Positions 17,183 through 26,446 of a DNA stretch of 64,000 bases are shown here, piece by piece. Within the stretch, counting starts at the first letter, position 1. The number at the start of each line of letters is the position of its first letter. Position numbers and translations under genes: made by a program. Where the stretch lies: assembly GCA_910587335.1 (NCBI GenBank), contig CAJUMG010000001.1:88201-152200 (forward strand), given 5' to 3'. The notes beneath the pieces are model-generated. The model made no database searches. It was not told where the DNA came from and worked only from the letters and a program-made list of their open reading frames with translations. Source of the DNA: an uncultured Oscillospiraceae bacterium (GTDB lineage Bacteria; Bacillota; Clostridia; Oscillospirales; Ruminococcaceae).

Positions 17183-17820
17183 CCTTCCTTCTCCCTATAA
17201 CAAAATTCACATTGCCGCCCGGCAAAAGCAGCACCTCCTGATCCTTTTTAGATGGAAACCCGTCATGATCTCTCAGTCTATTCTCGCCCCGGCGCTGTCA
17301 TTTTACCCTGATCGCATAACATAGCTTCAGCTTAAAAAGCATGGCCTTTTGGCCCTTTTGCGATCCACATTCTACTGTCTGTTGTCAAACCCATTCACCC
17401 ATTATGTACATAAAAAGACGGTGCTGACCGATTTGTCTACGTTTGTCCCGCTTTTCTGGTCTGTCTTTTTGTATGTACAAATGCTTTTCCCAATCTGATC
17501 TGGCTACCCAAGTATCGGCCTATACGGCGATGTGAAGAAGCTTCCTTGTCTGTCACCGACAAAATAGAGGGCAGGGCTTCTCTCCCATAAGGGTATCTAT
17601 CCCAAAAGGGCGCAGTTCCCCCTATTCTCTCACATGTCATTTTAACCGATGGCATGACAAAACACAAGCTTTTATCCTCTTTTTTTCAAATCTTTCCAAA
17701 ACATTTGAAATTTCTACTCAGTTTATCCTGTTAACCAAACAGAAAAGCACCTGGAAGCTCCTCCCCCATCCATTTTCTGAAAGCCAACCGCAAAGCGTGA
17801 TATAAAATGAGCGATTCTTA
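17183..17820 (-). promoter_or_regulatory. about 640-nt non-coding leader upstream of rfbB and the glycopolymer operon (function unknown)
   Basis: No convincing ORF. A candidate promoter TTGTGT-17-TAAAAT lies near 17640-17670 (minus strand). A repeated motif and a long hairpin are also present (see finding). Confidence 0.4.
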
Positions 17821-17865
17821 AAAAGAAATCCCGCTTAAACACCATGTTTAAACGGGATTTTTTTG
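17821..17865. terminator. bidirectional rho-independent terminator
   Basis: AAATCCCGCTTAAAC ... GTTTAAACGGGATTT hairpin with flanking A and T runs. Confidence 0.75.
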
Positions 17866-17920
17866 CAGCAGCCGGTCAAAGCCACTATGTGCAGGGCGCG
17901 GGCATTTCCTTGAAGACATG

Positions 17921-17953
17921 GAAAAGGCCCAGAGCGCGAACTGGCTCCAGGCC
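17921..17953 (-). terminator. hairpin plus U-tract downstream of tRNA-Gln
   Basis: GGCCUGGAG/CUCUGGGCC pairing (two G-U pairs), followed by UUUUCC on the minus strand. Confidence 0.45.
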
Positions 17954-17962
17954 CTTGCCTGA

Positions 17963-18038
17963 TGGCTGGGCTGGCTGGATTCGGACCAGCGGAATGACGG
18001 AGTCAAAGTCCGTTGCCTTACCACTTGGCGACAGCCCA
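17963..18038 (-). tRNA. tRNA-Gln (UUG), with an unusual UCCGAAU T-loop
   Basis: The cloverleaf was folded by eye: acceptor UGGGCUG/CAGCCCA, discriminator G, CCA; anticodon arm ACGGA-CUUUGAC-UCCGU. Confidence 0.8.
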
Positions 18039-18122
18039 ATATGCAACTGTATCTTTGCCCGAACAGGCTTTCCCTATTCAGTACAGATATGAAAAAAAGG
18101 CAAAAAGCCTTTTCTTTTTTAG

Positions 18123-18200
<78 letters not shown>

Positions 18201-18205
18201 ATATT

Positions 18206-18282
18206 TGGCGCGCCAAAAGGGACTCGAACCCCTGGCCTATTGCTTAGAAGGCAATTGCTCTATCCAGCTGAGCTATTGGCGC
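18206..18282 (-). tRNA. tRNA-Arg (UCU)
   Basis: GCGCCAA...AUUGC-CUUCUAA-GCAAU...UUGGCGC-G-CCA. Confidence 0.9.
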
Positions 18283-18307
18283 ATATGTGAATGCCGACAA
18301 ATGATAA

Positions 18308-18381
18308 TGGAGCGGGTGATGGGAATCGAACCCACGTAACCAGCTTGGAAGGCTGGCATTCTACCATTGAACTACACCCGC
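18308..18381 (-). tRNA. tRNA-Gly (UCC)
   Basis: GCGGGUG...anticodon loop CUUCCAA...CACCCGC-U-CCA. Confidence 0.9.
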
Positions 18382-18402
18382 AGACTTTGAACGACAGGTA
18401 AT

Positions 18403-18431
18403 ATTTTATCAAAACAGCCTGCATTTGTCAA
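18403..18431 (-). promoter_or_regulatory. sigma-A promoter of the tRNA Gly-Arg-His(-Gln) cluster
   Basis: Minus strand reads TTGACA, a 17-nt spacer, then TAAAAT. Confidence 0.7.
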
Positions 18432-18571
18432 TGCTTTTCCACAGATTCTTGTTTCAATTCTGTTTTATCTTGTGGGGTACCAGGACAAAACAGCGGTGAA
18501 AGGCCTTCCAGCATTGTTCTTTCCGGAAAACGGCAGAAAAAGGCGAACGGAAAACCGCTCGCCCTTCTTTT

Positions 18572-20890
18572 TTACGCGGATACAATCTCGATCGCGCCTT
18601 CTTTATCAATCGCCTTCACAAGCGCGACCTGTCCGTCGATCTTCTCCACCAGCAGCATACAGATCGGATCCTCCACCTCGCGGCGGATCACCCGGCGCAG
18701 GTCTCGCGCACCGCTCTTGTTGCCATATGCCTTTTTAGCAATCAAGGTCAGTACCGCTTCATCCCACCCAAAGGTAATGCCCTTTTCCTGCATGGGACCC
18801 ACCAGCTCCTGAAGCATCAGCGCCGCGATCCTCTCATAGTCCTTCTCGTCCAGCTGACGGAAGGTGACAATTTCGTCAATCCTTCCCAAAAATTCCGGCC
18901 GCAGAAATTGAGACAACGCCTTATAGGTATGATCCTTTCTGGCCTGCGCTTCGTTTTTAGTGAAACCAACCGTGCTTTCCTTCTGTTCACTGCCGGCATT
19001 CGAGGTCATGACAATCACCGTATTTGCAAAAGAGACATTTCGTCCATGGGCGTCTGTCAGCTTGCCCTCATCCAAAATTTGCAGCAGAATATTCATCACG
19101 TCCGGATGAGCTTTTTCGATTTCATCGAACAAAACCACCGAATAGGGCCGACGGCGGATCTTTTCGGTCAGCTGACCCGCTTCATCATAACCCACATATC
19201 CAGGAGGCGCTCCGACAATTCGGGAGACCGAATGCTTCTCCATAAATTCCGACATGTCCAGCCGAATCAAAGGATCGGTGGAATCGAACAGTTCCTGCGA
19301 AAGCACCCGAACCAACTCGGTCTTTCCCACACCAGTAGGCCCGACAAACAGGAAGGATGCCGGCCGACGGCGACCGGAAATTTGCACGCGGCTACGGCGC
19401 ACCGCCGAAGCCACCAGCTCCACCGCTTCATCCTGGCCGATGATTTTCTTTTTCAGCGTTTCCTCTAAACGGGCTACCTTGTTTAATTCCGACTCCTTAA
19501 TTTTGCTGGCCGGAATACCGGTCCAAAGCTCAATCACCTTGGCGACATCCTCGCTGGTGACTTCTGCACCCAATGCCTTTGGCTTTAACCCATCCATCTT
19601 GGCGGCAATCTGTAGCTGATCGGCCTTGATTTTTGCCAGCTGCTCGTAGTCCAGATGCTCCGGGTCCCCTTCCATCTCCTCTGCCGCACGGTGAGAGTCA
19701 TCCAATTTTTTATTCAGCTCGTCGTACTCCGCCATTTCTTTATTACGCAGCGCGGCACAGGAACAAGCCTCGTCCAGCAGGTCAATGGCTTTGTCCGGCA
19801 AAAAACGGTCGTTGATGTACCTCTCGGACAACACCACCATATTTCTGGCCATTTCAGGCGTAACGGTAACCCGATGGTACTTTTCATAATAGCCGCGGAT
19901 CCCCTCGATCACCTTCACCGCATCTTCGATAGAAGGCTCGTTTACCGTTACCGGCTGGAACCGGCGCTCCAAAGCGGAATCCTTCTCAATATATTTGCGG
20001 TATTCCCCAAAGGTGGTGGCGCCGATCACCTGAATCTCTCCTCTGGAAAGCGCCGGTTTTAGGATATTGGCGGCGTTCATCGAACCCTCTGCATCCCCCG
20101 CGCCCACTAGATTATGGACCTCGTCAATAAACAGGATAATGTTGCCAAGCGCGCGCACCTCGTCGATCAATCCCTTGACCCGGCTTTCAAATTGACCGCG
20201 GAACTGGGTCCCCGCGACCAAAGCGGTCATGTCCAGCAGATGAATTTCTTTATCCTTCAGCTTGAGCGGAACCGTGCCGGACGCGATCCGCTGGGCGATC
20301 CCCTCGGCAATGGCGGTTTTACCAACACCGGGCTCACCGATCAGACAGGGATTGTTTTTGGTTCTCCGGTTCAGGATCTGCACAACCCGGTAAATTTCCT
20401 CATCCCGGCCAATGATATTGTCCAAACGGCCATCCCGGGCTTTTTGGGTTAAATCGGTGCAATATGCCTCCAAAAATTTGCGTTTAGGCGCTTTTTTTCC
20501 TTTTTTCTCCGCCTTTTTGGGGCGTTCCGGCGGATTTTGGCGCTGCCCTGGATATCCGTCCATTTTACCGAACATGTTCTGCAAAAACGGGAAGGTCTGG
20601 GCGCCGCCGGGCACAAATCCCGATTTCTCTGATCCTTCGTCAGCACCGCTTTCCTCGTCTATACCTTCATCGCCCTCGTCAATCATACCCATCAGCTGAT
20701 CGTTCATGCTTTCGATTTCGTCGTCGGTAATCCCCATTTTTTCCATCAGCTCATTAACAGGGCCAATACCCAGCTCGCGAGCGCATTGCAGACATAAGCC
20801 CTCGTTGATGGTTTTTCCATTTTCCATCCGGGTCATAAAGACCACCGCGACCCTTTTTTTGCATCTTGAACATAACATACTCATTGCCAA
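18572..20890 (-). CDS. Clp/Hsp100 AAA+ ATPase with N-terminal zinc-ribbon (ClpE-like)
   Basis: N-terminal CSRC...CLQC motif. Two Walker A sites (GEPGVGKTAIAEG, GPTGVGKTELVR). 772 aa. Confidence 0.85.
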   Translation of the reverse strand: MAMSMLCSRCKKRVAVVFMTRMENGKTINEGLCLQCARELGIGPVNELMEKMGITDDEIESMNDQLMGMIDEGDEGIDEESGADEGSEKSGFVPGGAQTFPFLQNMFGKMDGYPGQRQNPPERPKKAEKKGKKAPKRKFLEAYCTDLTQKARDGRLDNIIGRDEEIYRVVQILNRRTKNNPCLIGEPGVGKTAIAEGIAQRIASGTVPLKLKDKEIHLLDMTALVAGTQFRGQFESRVKGLIDEVRALGNIILFIDEVHNLVGAGDAEGSMNAANILKPALSRGEIQVIGATTFGEYRKYIEKDSALERRFQPVTVNEPSIEDAVKVIEGIRGYYEKYHRVTVTPEMARNMVVLSERYINDRFLPDKAIDLLDEACSCAALRNKEMAEYDELNKKLDDSHRAAEEMEGDPEHLDYEQLAKIKADQLQIAAKMDGLKPKALGAEVTSEDVAKVIELWTGIPASKIKESELNKVARLEETLKKKIIGQDEAVELVASAVRRSRVQISGRRRPASFLFVGPTGVGKTELVRVLSQELFDSTDPLIRLDMSEFMEKHSVSRIVGAPPGYVGYDEAGQLTEKIRRRPYSVVLFDEIEKAHPDVMNILLQILDEGKLTDAHGRNVSFANTVIVMTSNAGSEQKESTVGFTKNEAQARKDHTYKALSQFLRPEFLGRIDEIVTFRQLDEKDYERIAALMLQELVGPMQEKGITFGWDEAVLTLIAKKAYGNKSGARDLRRVIRREVEDPICMLLVEKIDGQVALVKAIDKEGAIEIVSA

Positions 20891-21008
20891 AATTCACACC
20901 TCATATATCTTTCCAAAACGGCAAATGCCGCAAATAAAATTCGACTTACCCAATTATAAAAATCAAATATGAACTGGCTGTGAAAAAAAGTTCGCACAGA
21001 AAAAAACT

Positions 21009-21773
21009 TTACCACCCCATAAAGGACTGTAAAAACGCCTGGCCGGTGGAAATCAGCCCCGAAAAATCCGGCACCGGTAACGAGCCCAGCGCATTTTTTT
21101 CCAAGAATATCCGTAAAATCCAGGTGTTTTCCAGCGTTTGGCGATTGAAATACGGAATGCTGTCACCCGTCAGCGCCAAAATAACGCTTGCGATCGCAAC
21201 GATTAGATACAAATACAAAATCCCTTCTACCGCGCCTACAAAGCCGCCCAAAATCGAATTGAGCGGTCCGACAATCGGAATCCGCCGAATCCCTGTAAAA
21301 CAGCGGGAAATTGCGCGGGTCAAAAAGCGAAAAAGGGAGAAAAACAAAAGAAAAAATATCGTGGAAAACAGCGCGATGCAGGTAGGGCCTATGGTCTGTT
21401 CCACAAGATTCCCAGCCAATTGCTCTGCACTTCCGGCGACAGAGGGCAGCGCAATCTCTGCCGACAGGCCCGCAAATTCCAGCACCCGCAAAAGATAGGC
21501 GGGTATGCTTTCCAAAGCTGCTTCTAATGCTTGTAAAAAATCCCCGGCAGAGCCAACCGATAAAATCTGTTCCGAAATTTTGTCGGTCAGTCCCTCTTTA
21601 ATAAAGTGTTCGAAGGTATAGCTCGCCGCAGCACCTGATAAGGCGTTCGCCAAAAACAGCGAAATAAAAAATCCGACCAGCTGCACCGCTGTTCGCACAA
21701 ATCCTCTACGGGCCGACGAGCGGATATACCCCACTACAAACAAAACCGCCAGCAGATCCAAAATAAGCGGCAA
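21009..21773 (-). CDS. CvpA-family membrane protein
   Basis: N-terminus ILDLLAVLFVVGYIRSSARRGFVRT and multiple TM helices are typical of CvpA. Confidence 0.65.
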   Translation of the reverse strand: MPLILDLLAVLFVVGYIRSSARRGFVRTAVQLVGFFISLFLANALSGAAASYTFEHFIKEGLTDKISEQILSVGSAGDFLQALEAALESIPAYLLRVLEFAGLSAEIALPSVAGSAEQLAGNLVEQTIGPTCIALFSTIFFLLFFSLFRFLTRAISRCFTGIRRIPIVGPLNSILGGFVGAVEGILYLYLIVAIASVILALTGDSIPYFNRQTLENTWILRIFLEKNALGSLPVPDFSGLISTGQAFLQSFMGW

Positions 21774-21832
21774 AAACTTTTCTATAGCAATCCCTTCTCT
21801 CTTTCAAAGCGTTTTCTTTACATCATGCACGG

Positions 21833-23005
21833 TTAAAAAAGCGACTCCTGGCAAATGGCGTTTGGCGTTACATAATAAAGATGCCCGTTGCTCAGCGCCA
21901 GAAACAGTACATCCTGATCCGGAGAAATTTCTTTCACCATTTCTCCTTTGGAATTGAAAACCTCAATGCTCCCCCCTGATAAAAGCGCCGTGCGGCTGCC
22001 GCAGACATCCATAGCCTCTATGGGAGAGCGCAAGGATACGGCGCCTGTTTCCTCGCCAGAAGCACTCAATATAGACAGCTTAACCGATTTGAATTCCCGA
22101 TAATCTCCTAAAACCAGCGCAGATACCTTTTCTCCTTTGACGCAGAAGGCCCGCAGCGGCTCGCTTTGAAAATAAAAGGCCCCTTTTTCCTTGCCGGATT
22201 CGGAGTAATAATAGGCCGCCTGGCTGGTCAATACCTGCAATTCGCCATTTTGGTAGCTCAGATCATGAATCACCTCGCCTACATACTGGCGCTGTACAAA
22301 TGGGCTTTCCTCATCTAAACGATACATGGTCAGGCTGCTGATTAGGTCCCCGCCGCTGACCTGCACCGAGGATACGGCAATGCTTTTTCCATCCGGCGCA
22401 AAGGCCGCCCCATACAGATAGTTTTCCGCCGATTTCCAAGAAAAAACCGGCTCTTCCAAAAAATGATCATAAACGGATATCTGCCCTAAAAAACGCTGGG
22501 TATTGGTAATCACCGCCAAGTCGTTTTTGGGAGAGAGGGTGGCAAACAAAATCGGCTCATTAAAGCTCATTTCCTTTACCGTTTTGGTTTTGCTTTCCAC
22601 CCGCAATAATTTCGAGGATGGATCGTACAAAATAATCCGGCTTCCCGAACACTTCATCACCGGATTGGGATAATCATGCTGTACCTCCCGCAGCAGCTTT
22701 CCGTTTTTATTATAAATATGCAGATGTGTATCGGTCAGAACTAACAATACATTTCCCATTGACTGAATCTGCCGGATGGTCGCGCTGGAAATTTCCATTG
22801 GATAACCCGTACCGGAACCCAGCTCTGCAATTCCGCCGGCAAGCTGCTCTGCCAGACTGGTTTCTTTTACCCGCTCCCAAAGAAACCACATGCCAAAAAA
22901 GATCGCCAGAATCAACAAAAAAGCGCCCAACCGTTTGAAATTTTGCCGCCGGTTGCGTTTTTTTCGCAGCCGTTCAATATCTTCCAGCTGACCCATTTGA
23001 CACAT
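21833..23005 (-). CDS. membrane-anchored hypothetical protein, beta-propeller-like repeats (possibly DUF5711-type)
   Basis: 390 aa. Basic N-terminus plus a single TM helix, followed by a beta-rich region. Confidence 0.5.
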   Translation of the reverse strand: MCQMGQLEDIERLRKKRNRRQNFKRLGAFLLILAIFFGMWFLWERVKETSLAEQLAGGIAELGSGTGYPMEISSATIRQIQSMGNVLLVLTDTHLHIYNKNGKLLREVQHDYPNPVMKCSGSRIILYDPSSKLLRVESKTKTVKEMSFNEPILFATLSPKNDLAVITNTQRFLGQISVYDHFLEEPVFSWKSAENYLYGAAFAPDGKSIAVSSVQVSGGDLISSLTMYRLDEESPFVQRQYVGEVIHDLSYQNGELQVLTSQAAYYYSESGKEKGAFYFQSEPLRAFCVKGEKVSALVLGDYREFKSVKLSILSASGEETGAVSLRSPIEAMDVCGSRTALLSGGSIEVFNSKGEMVKEISPDQDVLFLALSNGHLYYVTPNAICQESLF

Positions 23006-23061
23006 CCTTTCTTTTCCCTATAGCAGACAAAACCCGCCAAAAGCAGCAGGGAACGGCAGCC

Positions 23062-23844
23062 TTATCCCTCACCATCTTTTGATAACTTTCTATCCCATTC
23101 GGCCGGACGGGTATAGAATACCTTGTCCAGATACAATCCGCATGCCGGGACCGTAATACCGGCTAAAGACCGGTCCTTTTCTGTCAGCGCCCGGTCCACC
23201 TGAAAAAGGTCCAGCTTCCCCTCATTCACCCACAGCAGGGTACCCACCATAATGCGGACCATATTGTATAAAAAGCCGTCTCCCTCTACAATAAAGGTAA
23301 CGAGATCCCCCTGGCGCTGGACTTCACAGCGGTAGATGGTGCGCACCGTATTTTCCTGATCGGTCTTTGTGCTGCAAAAGCCCCGAAAATCGTGGGCCCC
23401 ACATAACAGCTTACAAACCGGATGCCATTTTTCCAGATCAATCGGCCTCCAGTATTCTAAGGCACGCCCTGTATAAAAGGGATTTTTGCCATCGCTGTTC
23501 CAGATCAGGTATCGATACCGTTTCCCCACGCAGCTGTATCTGGCATGGAAGTCCGCCGGCACCTCGCGGCAGTCCAGCACACCAATATCCTTGGGCAGCA
23601 ATGCGTTGAGACTTCGCTTTAACGCATATAGCGGTATATCGCTTTGGGTGTGAAAGCTCATGCAGAACCGGTTGGCGTGGACGCCTGCGTCGGTGCGGGA
23701 ACAGCCCTTCACATCCTCCCTCCTATGCAGCACAATTTCCATCGCGTCCTGTACCGCTTCGGTCACCGACCGGGCATTAGCCTGCACCTGGGAACCGTGG
23801 TAGGCGGTGCCAACATAGCAAAGAGTTAAAAGAATATTCCGCAT
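23062..23844 (-). CDS. truA: tRNA pseudouridine(38-40) synthase
   Basis: YVGTAYHGSQ...RTDAGVHA catalytic Asp motif. Confidence 0.9.
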   Translation of the reverse strand: MRNILLTLCYVGTAYHGSQVQANARSVTEAVQDAMEIVLHRREDVKGCSRTDAGVHANRFCMSFHTQSDIPLYALKRSLNALLPKDIGVLDCREVPADFHARYSCVGKRYRYLIWNSDGKNPFYTGRALEYWRPIDLEKWHPVCKLLCGAHDFRGFCSTKTDQENTVRTIYRCEVQRQGDLVTFIVEGDGFLYNMVRIMVGTLLWVNEGKLDLFQVDRALTEKDRSLAGITVPACGLYLDKVFYTRPAEWDRKLSKDGEG

Positions 23845-23897
23845 ACAGCTCCCCTCTTTCCATCCGATTCAGGTTCATCGGCTGCCTCATGGACGCT

Positions 23898-24710
23898 TTA
23901 AAAAATCACTGGCGCGAAAATATTGACCGTGATCACCGCGCCAATAGCCGCGGCCGTCACTGTCGCTGCAACCACATCCTGCCAGCTGTAGTGCAATTGT
24001 TTCATCCGGGTGCGGCCCACATCCCCACGATAGCAGCGGCATTCCATAGCCAATGCCAGCTCATCCGCCCGGCGGAAAGCCGAGACAAACAGCGGAATCA
24101 GAATCGGTATCAACGCCCTGGCCCTTTGCATAATGCCGCCGCTTTCCAGATCGGCTCCCCGGGCCTTTTGGGCGCTCATAATTTTGTCCGTTTCCTCAAT
24201 CAGCGTCGGGATAAAGCGCAGGGCAATGGTCATCATCATAGAAAGCTCATGTACCGGAAAATGAATTTTTTTAAGCGGCTTCATCAGTCTCTCCAATCCA
24301 TCCGTCAGGGCGATGGGCGAGGTGGTGTAGGTCAAAAGCGAGGTGCCGGCAATCAAGCAGATGATGCGGATGGTCATGACCACCGCCGTCAGCAGTCCCT
24401 GGCGGGAAATGTGAAAAATCCACCAGTCAAACAGCGGGTCCCCCTGGACAAAAAACATATTCAGCACCGTTGTAAAAATGATAATGGGGATCACCGGCTT
24501 TAAGCTTTTGCTGATCATACGCGGCGGAATGCCGGAAATGGCGTAAGAAAAAATGAGAAAGGTAATGCCCACGCACAGTCCCAACGGATTCGACACCGTA
24601 AAGAGCATGACAATATATCCGATTGTCAAAAGAATTTTCATTCTGGGATCTAGGCGGTGCAGCACCGACTTGCCCGGAAAATACTGCCCAATGGTGATAT
24701 CCTTAAGCAT
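23898..24710 (-). CDS. ecfT: energy-coupling factor transporter transmembrane subunit
   Basis: 270 aa, polytopic, with C-terminal ARG...A..CR motif region. It follows the two ecfA genes. Confidence 0.85.
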   Translation of the reverse strand: MLKDITIGQYFPGKSVLHRLDPRMKILLTIGYIVMLFTVSNPLGLCVGITFLIFSYAISGIPPRMISKSLKPVIPIIIFTTVLNMFFVQGDPLFDWWIFHISRQGLLTAVVMTIRIICLIAGTSLLTYTTSPIALTDGLERLMKPLKKIHFPVHELSMMMTIALRFIPTLIEETDKIMSAQKARGADLESGGIMQRARALIPILIPLFVSAFRRADELALAMECRCYRGDVGRTRMKQLHYSWQDVVAATVTAAAIGAVITVNIFAPVIF

Positions 24711-25572
24711 TGGCGCTACCTCCCCCGCTCAAAACCTGTTCCAAGGCGTTTTTCGCCTGCTCCACCGTATAAATATTGGCGGGCACCGGCCATCCCTTTT
24801 CGCTCAGCGAGAGGAATACCCGGGACACCTGCGGCACCGCAAGGCCCATCTCCTCGATCTCGCGGCTGCGGGAAAAGACCTTCTCCACCTGGTCGAACAT
24901 AGCCACCTTGCTGTGGTTCATGACCAGCACCTTCTCGGTGTATTTCGCCACGTCCTCCATGCTGTGGGATACCAGCAAAATGGTGTTTTTCTGCTCCTTG
25001 TGATATTCCAGTATCTGACCCAAAATCCGGTCCCGTCCTTTGGGGTCCAGTCCGGCGGTGGGCTCGTCCAGAATCAGCACCTCCGGGTTCATGGCAATCA
25101 CTCCAGCGATGGCCACCCGCCGCTTTTGTCCGCCGGAAAGCTCAAAGGGGCTTTTCTCCATATGATGCGGCTTTAATCCCACAAACAGCGCTGCCTCCTT
25201 CACCCGCTGGTCGATTTCCTCCTCTGAAAGCCCCATGTTTTTGGGACCGAAGGCGATGTCCTTGTAGACGGTATCCTCAAACAGCTGGTATTCCGGGTAT
25301 TGAAACACCAGCCCCACTTTAAAGCGAATGCGGCGGATCTCCTTTGGCTTTTCCCAAATATCCTCGCCGTCCACATAGATTTTCCCCTCTGTCGGGCGCA
25401 AAAGGCCGTTAAAATGCTGGATCAGGGTGGATTTGCCCGATCCCGTATGGCCGATAACCCCTATCATTTCCCCCTGGCCGATTTCCAAATTTACATCAGA
25501 GACCGCCGCTTTTTCATAGCTGGTTCCCTGTGAATAGGTGTGGGTCAAATGCTCTGTTTTAATGACTGACAT
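24703..25572 (-). CDS. ecfA2: ECF transporter ATPase subunit A2
   Basis: GHTGSGKST Walker A, LSGGQKRR signature. The start is at MSVIKTEHL. Confidence 0.85.
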   Translation of the reverse strand: MSVIKTEHLTHTYSQGTSYEKAAVSDVNLEIGQGEMIGVIGHTGSGKSTLIQHFNGLLRPTEGKIYVDGEDIWEKPKEIRRIRFKVGLVFQYPEYQLFEDTVYKDIAFGPKNMGLSEEEIDQRVKEAALFVGLKPHHMEKSPFELSGGQKRRVAIAGVIAMNPEVLILDEPTAGLDPKGRDRILGQILEYHKEQKNTILLVSHSMEDVAKYTEKVLVMNHSKVAMFDQVEKVFSRSREIEEMGLAVPQVSRVFLSLSEKGWPVPANIYTVEQAKNALEQVLSGGGSANA

Positions 25573-26353
25573 GGCGTTCCTCCAACAATTTTTCAATGGC
25601 CTGGACGCATTCCTCTTCAAAGAGAATGTCGTCCGGCAGCTGGTAGCCGTCCTTTCGCAAAAGCCAGGCGAGCTCGGTCACCTGCGGCACGTCAAGTCCT
25701 ACGTTTTTTAGCTCCTCTACATGGGAAAACACCTGCCGCGGGCCTCCGTCCAGGATGATTTTTCCGTTATCCACCACGACCACCCGGTCGCACTGGGCAG
25801 CTTCGTCCATGTAATGGGTGATCAGCACCACCGTAATGCCAAACTGACTCCCCAGCTGCCGAATGGTCCGCAGAACCTCTTTGCGTCCTTGGGGATCCAG
25901 CATGGCGGTTGGTTCGTCCAGCACAATACATTTGGGCCGCATCGCGATGATGCCCGCAATGGCGATCCGCTGCTTTTGTCCGCCGGAAAGCTGATGGGGG
26001 GAATGCTCCTTGTAATCATACATACCCACCGCTTTTAGCGATTCATCCACACGACTGCGGATTTCATCCGGCGGAACACCCAGGTTTTCTAACGCAAAAG
26101 CCACATCCTCTTCCACAATGGTAGCGACTAACTGGTTGTCCGGATTTTGAAAGACCATTCCGGCCGTCTGGCGGATATCGTACAGCCGCTCTTCCTCTTT
26201 TGTATCAATCCCGCCGACGTAAACCGTGCCGGAGGTGGGAAGCAAAATGGCGTTAAAATGCTTTGCCAGGGTGGATTTGCCCGATCCGTTATGCCCTAAT
26301 ACCGCTACAAATTCCCCAGGCTGAACATCCAGCGACACATTTTCTAGCACCAC
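25559..26353 (-). CDS. ecfA1: ECF transporter ATPase subunit A1 (5' boundary uncertain; the conserved N-terminus continues upstream to about 26425)
   Basis: GHNGSGKST Walker A, LSGGQKQR signature. The first canonical start is the GTG at 26353, but an ABC-like beta-strand sequence continues upstream (see finding). Confidence 0.8.
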   Translation of the reverse strand: MVLENVSLDVQPGEFVAVLGHNGSGKSTLAKHFNAILLPTSGTVYVGGIDTKEEERLYDIRQTAGMVFQNPDNQLVATIVEEDVAFALENLGVPPDEIRSRVDESLKAVGMYDYKEHSPHQLSGGQKQRIAIAGIIAMRPKCIVLDEPTAMLDPQGRKEVLRTIRQLGSQFGITVVLITHYMDEAAQCDRVVVVDNGKIILDGGPRQVFSHVEELKNVGLDVPQVTELAWLLRKDGYQLPDDILFEEECVQAIEKLLEERHVSH

Positions 26354-26446
26354 CGGAGGCAGCTTATCTTCCTCGTAATTTTCATACGCAAAGGATACAT
26401 CCCTTGCCGATAAAATCGGTTCTATGTGACATTCCTTCTTTCCCCA

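Noticed and set aside
17405-17479. The inverted repeat in the glycan-operon leader, considered as an invertible promoter switch (cwpV or Bacteroides-type).
   Set aside because: The arms enclose only about 43 bp, too small to carry a promoter. No site-specific recombinase gene is nearby. A transcript hairpin is the simpler reading.
17437-17667. 76-aa ORF in the rfbB leader, and the 82-105-aa ORFs overlapping the tRNA cluster (17844-18247).
   Set aside because: They have no RBS and odd composition, and they overlap tRNA genes or structured leader sequence. They were treated as non-coding.
18085-18118. Short hairpin AAGGC-AAAAA-GCCTT with T-runs between tRNA-His and tRNA-Gln, considered as an internal terminator.
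   Set aside because: The stem is only 5 bp. That is too weak to call, so it is mentioned only as context for the tRNA-Gln finding.
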